Shown in pieces: positions 54,701 through 64,000 of a DNA stretch of 64,000 nt; position 1 is the stretch's first letter, and every line of letters starts with the position of its first letter. Below the pieces are notes generated by a model. The model did not search any database. It was not told the DNA's origin and saw only the letters and a list, made by a program, of their open reading frames with translations. The translations under genes and the position numbers were made by a program. The DNA lies in contig OZ037768.1 of assembly GCA_964035545.1 (NCBI GenBank), positions 13,959,675 to 14,023,674 of the forward strand, read 5' to 3'. Source of the stretch: Bugula neritina (taxonomy: Eukaryota > Animalia > Bryozoa).

Positions 54701-56333
54701 GTGATTGAAAAAAGTGTATCTGCTGTGATTAGGTCATTAAGAAATGAGATGAGTAGTTGTAACGGTGTAGTTCTCAGAGGTAAACGAATATTTGTTCCAC
54801 AGAGTCTGGGGTCCAGAGTTTTATCTCTTGCTCATAAAGGACATCAAGGTATCGTAAAGACTAAGAGTAGATTTAGGCTCAAGGTTTGGTGGCCCGGGAT
54901 CAATAGGGATGCCGAAAGCTTGTGTAGGCAGTGCTTGTCATGTCAGTTAGTTGGTTCCAGTGATCTTCCTACTCCTATCACTCCCACTGAGCTACCAGAT
55001 GGTCCTTGAAAGTTTTGTAGTGTTGGTTTACTTGGTCCCTTTCCTGATGGTCGTTCTATCATCATTATCATAGATTACTATAGTAGACTCTTCGAGGCTG
55101 GTTTTCTAAGTAATACTAAGACAGGCAAGGTTGTCTTGTTTCTTAAACATGTCTTTGCTCGGTATGGTTACCCAAAAGTTTTGAGGTCAGATGATGGTCC
55201 CCAGTTTGTTTCCATTGAATTCCAGAGTTATCTTGCCGAATATGGTGTCAAGTGGCTATCTACAACTCCATTGTGGCCCCAGGCTAACGGTCAAGTGGAG
55301 AGAACTAACAGAAGTGTTCTCAAGATGCTGAGGGTTGCAAATTCTGAGGGTAAGAACTTGGAGCAAGCTCTGTTGGAATTTGTTATTGCTTACAAGTCTA
55401 CATCCCATGCGGCTACAGGTATGACACCCTATGCTATGATGTTCGGTTGTGAGATGCGTACCAAACTACCTATGCTCTCTAATGAGGTTGCTGAGACTGC
55501 TGAGGAAGCAGGAGACAGTGATGCTTTGTATAAGCAGAAGATGAAAGATCAAACAGATGTTGGCTCTAAAAATAGTCCCATAGGCTGAGGTGATTCTGCG
55601 CTGTTGAGACGTGAAATTAAAAGTAAGCTGGATACTATGTATCACCCAGAGCAATACAGAGTCAAGGATGTTCAGGGTACAGATATGAATTGCGTTGGTC
55701 CTGTTAGTAATGTAGTTAGGCACCATGTCTCTGTTGCTCGTAAGGTTGTAGTAGAGCCCGACCCTGGTCCTGTAGTTGCTGATCTTCTTATTTCTTCATG
55801 TCCTATTCCCGTAGCTCCTGATGCTCCTGTTGCCCCGAGTTCTGTGTCTGGTTCTCCTGGTTCCAGTTCTAGTTCTCCTGGTCTCAGTTCTAGTTCCCCT
55901 GGTCCTAGTGTTAGAGTCTGCGAGCGGAGAATGCCAATACGATATCAAGATTATCATATGTACTAGTTCTGAGTACATGTGACCTGTGTTTTTTGTTCAT
56001 TTTAAATACTCATGTAATATGTTGCTTGCATTACATGTTAATTTTAAATACTCATGTTATATGTTGTTTACATTAATAAGTACTCATGTAATATCATGTT
56101 TACATATGTTTTATTTCTCTTTAATAGTTCTGGAGGGATGTTGTGTTTACATCGGGGCTATTATAATTTTAGTTTTAGAGATTATATATATGTTTCCGTG
56201 CATGCATAGTGATACACTAGTTGAACTCGTGTGTGAGAATTTTAGTTCAGTGGAAATAAATCATATTTGATTGCTTATTTTAATCTGAGTGATTCTGCAA
56301 TTAATACAATACCACACGAATGACCATATAACA
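51786..56333 (+). mobile_element. Decayed Gypsy (Mag-like) LTR retrotransposon
   Basis: LTRs 51786-51982 and 56139-56333 (about 11 substitutions + 1 indel), PBS TGGCAACGAG 51984-93, PPT GGAGGGA 56132-38; no TSD recognisable. Confidence 0.93.
52027..55966 (+). pseudogene. gag-pol pseudogene (many stops/frameshifts)
   Basis: YLERLDCYF gag, two CCHC-like knuckles, LIDSGA protease, FSKLDL and KADDI RT, ADASPVGLG RNase H, AHKGHQG, SDDGPQF, NGQVER integrase. Confidence 0.9.
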
Positions 56334-57255
56334 CACACGCACATGCACACGCACACGCACATATTATACTAATACACTAATACTTATAGTTATACTTGAT
56401 ACTTAAAAAATTTAGCTAATGAGTTGACTATTACAATGTGAATCACTGAATGTGAATGAGTATGAAAATCTGTACGCGAGTATCAGTATCATTATCAGTG
56501 AGACTGAGTATCAGTATGACTATGAGACTCAGACTTTGTATTAGTATGAGTATGAGCACCAGTAGGAGTAATCATAATAATAATGACAATCTAAATGTCT
56601 AATCATAACCATAGGCATAGGCGTAATGTCTAATGATAAGGATACTTAATCTTATAAATATTATAGTTATATCCATGTTCATATTGATTGGCCTCTACTT
56701 ACTACTAAGTCTAATGTCTACATTATTATTTTTCAATTAGTAATCACATTATAGATATTATAACAAGTAGCAAATTTGGCATTAATAATGGCAAATATCA
56801 GTGTGCTCACTGTTCAAATGCAAGAATGTAGCAATCATTAAAATTTTGCTCAGCAGTTATTAAAACGAAATTTACAATGAAAGCGAAAGCTCTTACAAGT
56901 TAGTGCTGCATCTTCCAGAAGATCTGTAGCTGCCTTTTAACGGGTGCTTTCTACTATGTATTGTTTCGTAATGAAAGACACTAGACTAAGATTTTGCGCT
57001 TGTATTAGTAGCTTTGTTCCGATAAACATTAGCACCGAACTAGAAATATTTTCCAGTTCGTTGAACATTAGAGTGCCGTCGTAAGTTTACCAGAGGCTAA
57101 TCAGGCTTAAATTTTACATTTCCTAGATGTAGGTACAAAAAATAAAATCTATTTAGAGTTTAACAATGTTTTAATTATTGTATTTCTATAAGTTTATTTT
57201 TATGATCGTTTATAATGTAACGGTTGCAAAGTCACTATTCGGAATACCCTCAAGC

Positions 57256-57269
57256 GTTGCTATGGTTAA
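57256..57269 (+). promoter_or_regulatory. RFX X-box-like motif
   Basis: GTTGCTATGGTTAA resembles GTTGCCATGGCAAC; lies between the divergently oriented laminin-like and SMKR1-like genes. Confidence 0.4.
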
Positions 57270-57722
57270 GTATCCTTTATTAACAATGAACATCAGAAGG
57301 CTGATACAATAATTAATCTGGCACAAAGCACTTATTGAGCCGTGTGCAACAATAATTAATATCCTGTAAACTAATTAATTATTTATATGCCTTTTGCGTG
57401 GTCTTAAATTCAATAATCAAAACTACAATCTACGATCTATAATGACCCCAGTAATAAATGAAAGGTAACACAGAATTATATGTTAATAATATTTTCCACC
57501 TAATTAAATAAACTCTACTTGCTTTTGTCATTCGCTTTTATTAAACCAAGTGATATTTTATATTTGAGGCCACTACAATTTGGACCAGTTCCTTTTTGGA
57601 TTTAATTGTTGAGAACACATAATCATAGTAACTACAGTATTTTTAATGCTTCTTGTTTTGTTCTACTATATTTTACTATACAATGCAGAAGCTTATACAG
57701 TTTGTATAAAAGTGGTAAAATT

Positions 57723-57830
57723 AACACACACACACACGCGCACGCACGCACACACACGCACACACACGCACACACGCGCACACACACACACACACACACA
57801 CGTGCGAGCAAGCACCACACACGCACCACG
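57723..57830. repeat. (CA)n/(CACG)n microsatellite
   Basis: Visible. Confidence 0.9.
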
Positions 57831-57939
57831 CAAGTTGGTTGCATGTTGCTGTTTTTGTCCATTAAAACTAAATGCATAAACATTTTACTTACTTAGATAA
57901 AGCCAATTTTTTGCCTGTAAGTTTTTTGACACATGCAAA

Positions 57940-58881
57940 CTGTCCCACTAGGGGGCAAGTTGAACTGCCCTGTGGGAAAGTTGAATTGGTGTCATTTATT
58001 TTATAATATAAGCTGTTTTAACTACTTAGGAGCTGAAAGATTATTTAAATTAAAGAACAACAATAAAAACACACAAAAAAATAAAAATAAGTTGGCATAA
58101 ACAAATAACAGAAACTTTTGATGTGATATGTCATTGCAGCCATTTAACATCTCAAATATAGGTGATGTAGAAGACGATTTAAAACCCAAGCAGCATCAGC
58201 AGCAAACTAGTAGTAGAGCTTTCAAAAGTTGCCTTTCAGTTATATATTCATTCTTAAACAAGTTCCAGATATAAAGTGGGATCTTCTCATATGACATCAT
58301 GACAGCATGGTTGAGCATAGCCAACTTTCTTAGATTTTAATTACACTGTTGACCTACATTTTCATTTGTTCTAGGACTAAATGTATGTTTGTATTTATAT
58401 ATTGATGGCAGAAATATTTTAATTTAGAAAAGGACAAACTTTACAGCAAGAATTTGTGTGCATAGTGAAAATAATTAGTAGGGCAAGTTGTACCTGATTC
58501 AACTCACTCCACTTTCAATGTAGTTAAACTAGCCCCACACTGCTATGCTACAAGTTATTGCTAATATATGCTGTGAATAAAATATCTCTGCATCTTTAAG
58601 TCATTGTCTAGCTTTGAAATTGTGTTAAAAATACATGCCTTAGTTTATTTGACTAGGCTATTAAAATTTGAGAAGCGACGCGACTTTTTATGAAAAAATG
58701 AACTTTTATTTGTTCATTTTTATGCAAAAAATGCGAAAAATACTAGCTCACTTGAAAACTTCCGAGACTTCAAGGTGTCTGGTGGTTTACCTAGAAAGCT
58801 CTTAAATAAAGGAGATGAAATAGTGCAATGGTTTAAAAGAGAAAATTTAGAGCATGTGGCTCAACCAGCCCACTCTCCCTT
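57940..58881. mobile_element. Possible truncated pogo-like DNA-transposon remnant
   Basis: Repeated GGGCAAGTTG motifs (57953, 58481) and a TIR-like end CAACCAGCCCACTCTCCCTTA; other end not found. Confidence 0.3.
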
Positions 58882-59009
58882 ATATGCTGTATAGCAATTA
58901 TGTTTAATTTATGACTACTTGTAGCTAGAGAAAAGAAGAAAAGACAGTGAGTGCTTACAGCTGACAGACTAACAGACAGTACTTGCAACTGCTGCTTGCA
59001 ACACACAGC

Positions 59010-60642
59010 ATGCAGCCTAGTGAAGACATTTCTGTGAATGCAAAACTGATCAGTGCTTCTGAGAGGCCATTGCCAGACAGTAATGTTTGTATTTTCATAG
59101 CGTGCACTTTCTATTTGGTAGATTTGTGCTCATAAAATTTAGCTAAATTGTATTACTTGTCTAATATATCTTGATATAGGCTAACAATTTGTGATACAAC
59201 ACTACTTGCCTACTTAAAGTATGTATGCAGAAGTGGGGGCATGTCAACTTTCTTGTAGAATTTTACTCTAAAGTCTAATCGATCTATCAGACATGAAAAA
59301 CCATCATCACTTTCTAAATAATTCAGCTAATTCTTATTTTTCTCCTTTCTAGCATTCAGTATGTTGAAATACTGATATGGTAATCTTTCATGGAGTAAAA
59401 TATCTTTTAATATAACAACCAAACTTGGGAAAATGTAATGTGATTAAAAATATCAAATAAAAATAATTTGTAAGGTAGAATAACAAAATTGCAAAAAATT
59501 AATATGTCATAACTTTAAATTACCCTGATCAAGCCATATTTTAACAACTTCATTAGTGGCCAACAGCAAATCAATGGCTCAAATATTTTAGTTAACTATA
59601 AGGTTGTTATGACTCTAACTTTCAAGATAATGAATTTATGTACCATTTAATCTTTCAGAATTCATACATATTTTTTATAAAATTATAAAGTTATTGATTG
59701 AACTTTGGTCTTTATGGTCATTACACTCCTTTTGTACTGGCTGTCCTCCCTGTGTTGATTTTATATATGTTATGTTAGTATATATTGGCTGCTAGCCTTC
59801 GAGTAGCTATTTCGAAGCTAATAATGGTGACTGGTGGCTGCTAAAATAAGCTTAAGCCATGGCATATAGGCTATAGCTTTCAGTTCTAGCTTGTTTTAGT
59901 ACACAGTTCTATTCTGATAATTTCATTCTCTAGCTTGAAAGAAAAATGAGTTCCTATACATCAGTTGCAGAATTCATTTATACCATAGAAGTAATGTAAA
60001 AACCTATGGTAAATGCAAGAAAGTACAGCTATTATTGCAGCAGGAATTGCTTATAATATATGTCCTTAAATGACAGTACTAGACTACTAGTTTATATCTG
60101 TATTATTGAAGCTAGCAAGTAATATTAATAATCTTCTTTGCCGGACAGACGATTCAGGTAAAGCCATTGAAGAAGTCAACTAAAAAAGGCAACAAGTCTT
60201 CCAGAAACTCCAGTCCATCAAAGCCAAAGAGTAGGACTGAAGGAAAGAGATCAAGTAAAAAACTAGTCAGCAGTAAAAGCACATCAACTAGAAAAAGCCG
60301 AACTCCTCTAGGACTAGTTGAATCTGTGAGTATATGCATTCAATATCTTTGGTCAATGTCTAAACTAAATTCTAAGTTGAATTATATTACACAGTTGACA
60401 TAGTTTTTGGAATAAGTGTAGGTCAACTAAAAGGACTGCAAGTGTTAACTGTCTTATACTACTTGCAATGATACTAAGACCAGCCTCATATTTATCATTA
60501 GGTGGATATACTAAGCCCAGTGGCAATGAAAAATCTGAGTTATATTGCCCACAGCGCTGAAGGTGCCTTGGTGTATCGTGGGTACCCATGGACTGGTGGC
60601 CCAAAGAAAAAGAAGGGAAAAGCTTCTAAGGGCAAAAAATAA
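59010..60642 (+). CDS. SMKR1: Small lysine-rich protein 1-like
   Basis: Exon 60502-60642 encodes VDILSPVAMKNLSYIAHSAEGALVYRGYPWTGGPKKKKGK, matching the SMKR1 core (VDILSPAAMLNLYYIAH...RGFHWPG as recalled); K/S-rich exon 60149-60325 is in phase; first coding exon 59010-59084 is tentative. Confidence 0.8.
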
Positions 60643-61412
60643 TAACTATTTCTTACAATACTCTACGCAAAACTTAAGTTCCAAATAGCTTTTTATTTTT
60701 GTAAATCTTTTTATTGAGAAAATGGAATTTTGCAATTTGTCACTTTCGTTAATTTTTGTATTATTTTTATTAGTGAATAAAATCCAAGTTACATTCCACC
60801 AGTTTTTTCATATAGAGCATGTAAAATGTGAAGTTATAACTGGACAAGAAGCGTTCAAATTTTCTTTAAGGCAAGTCGATGATTAAAAGTTTGCAACAGT
60901 TCTGATAAGTTATAAACTTTATTGTGTATAAAATGAACTATAATAAGGATATATAAAATAACATGCAGTAATAAATGAGGTTCAAATGAATTTAAATCCA
61001 TTCAGTTGAGAGAATAAAGTACCATTAATTATATATATATTAACTCATACTAAAACACTTGTGAATGAGAGCATGATTAAAGGATAGTAGAACTGAAAAA
61101 AGATGGATAGAGAACATGTTAGAGCTTTCCAATGTACACAAAACCTATAAAAAAGGAATTTGAATTTTATAATATCAGTAAAATACATGACAACTAAAAG
61201 TGTGAGAGCAGAGAGATACAACAGCCATTAGTCACACATAAATGACAACAAATAAAATACAAACTAAAAGATATCTATCTACATATTCAATGTACCAGAG
61301 TTGACCACAATTAAAAAATTAATATAAACCAACATAATGAACATCATTGTGTGCTCTGGATCTTTTAAGTAAGACAGAAAATTCCAGTGCATATTCCGAA
61401 CAACTTCTATAT

Positions 61413-63883
<2,471 letters not shown>

Positions 63884-64000
63884 CTGTAAACACCAACAAT
63901 CTCTAGCATCTCTAGCCTAACAGTCCACTCACTTAGCCAGCTGACAGTCAAGTTGGCAGGTCTTTCTTAATTAATACCCAGTACTATGAAGAGGTAATTA

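Overview
AT-rich, intron-containing animal (invertebrate-like) genomic DNA. Left to right: (1) A young Gypsy LTR retrotransposon (390-11993) with GTAT target duplication, tRNA-Leu PBS, gag, a disrupted pol and an extra C2H2 zinc-finger ORF3. Its 3' LTR is split by a 4.2-kb ISL2EU/PHIS-type DNA transposon with ~1,080-bp inverted arms, apparently formed by copying its own 3' end over its 5' end. (2) A TA-flanked non-autonomous DNA element and a Gypsy integrase relic. (3) A 10-exon UPF0489/C5orf22-family gene on + with an N-terminal hydrophobic anchor. (4) A ~30-kb divergent laminin alpha-like gene on - (SP-LN-LE-LF-LE-L4-LE-coiled coil-5xLG); its introns hold two tRNA-SINE copies, a truncated RTE LINE, a MITE, an ectopic copy of one of its own exon ends, tandem arrays and a Penelope-like hairpin. 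(5) A second Penelope-like hairpin and an older, decayed Mag-like Gypsy (51786-56333). (6) An SMKR1-like gene on + whose conserved exon is missed by the ORF track, with an upstream RFX X-box-like motif. (7) The last five coding exons of beta-catenin on -. Exon coordinates were read by eye and some are approximate; family assignments come from motif recognition, not database searches.
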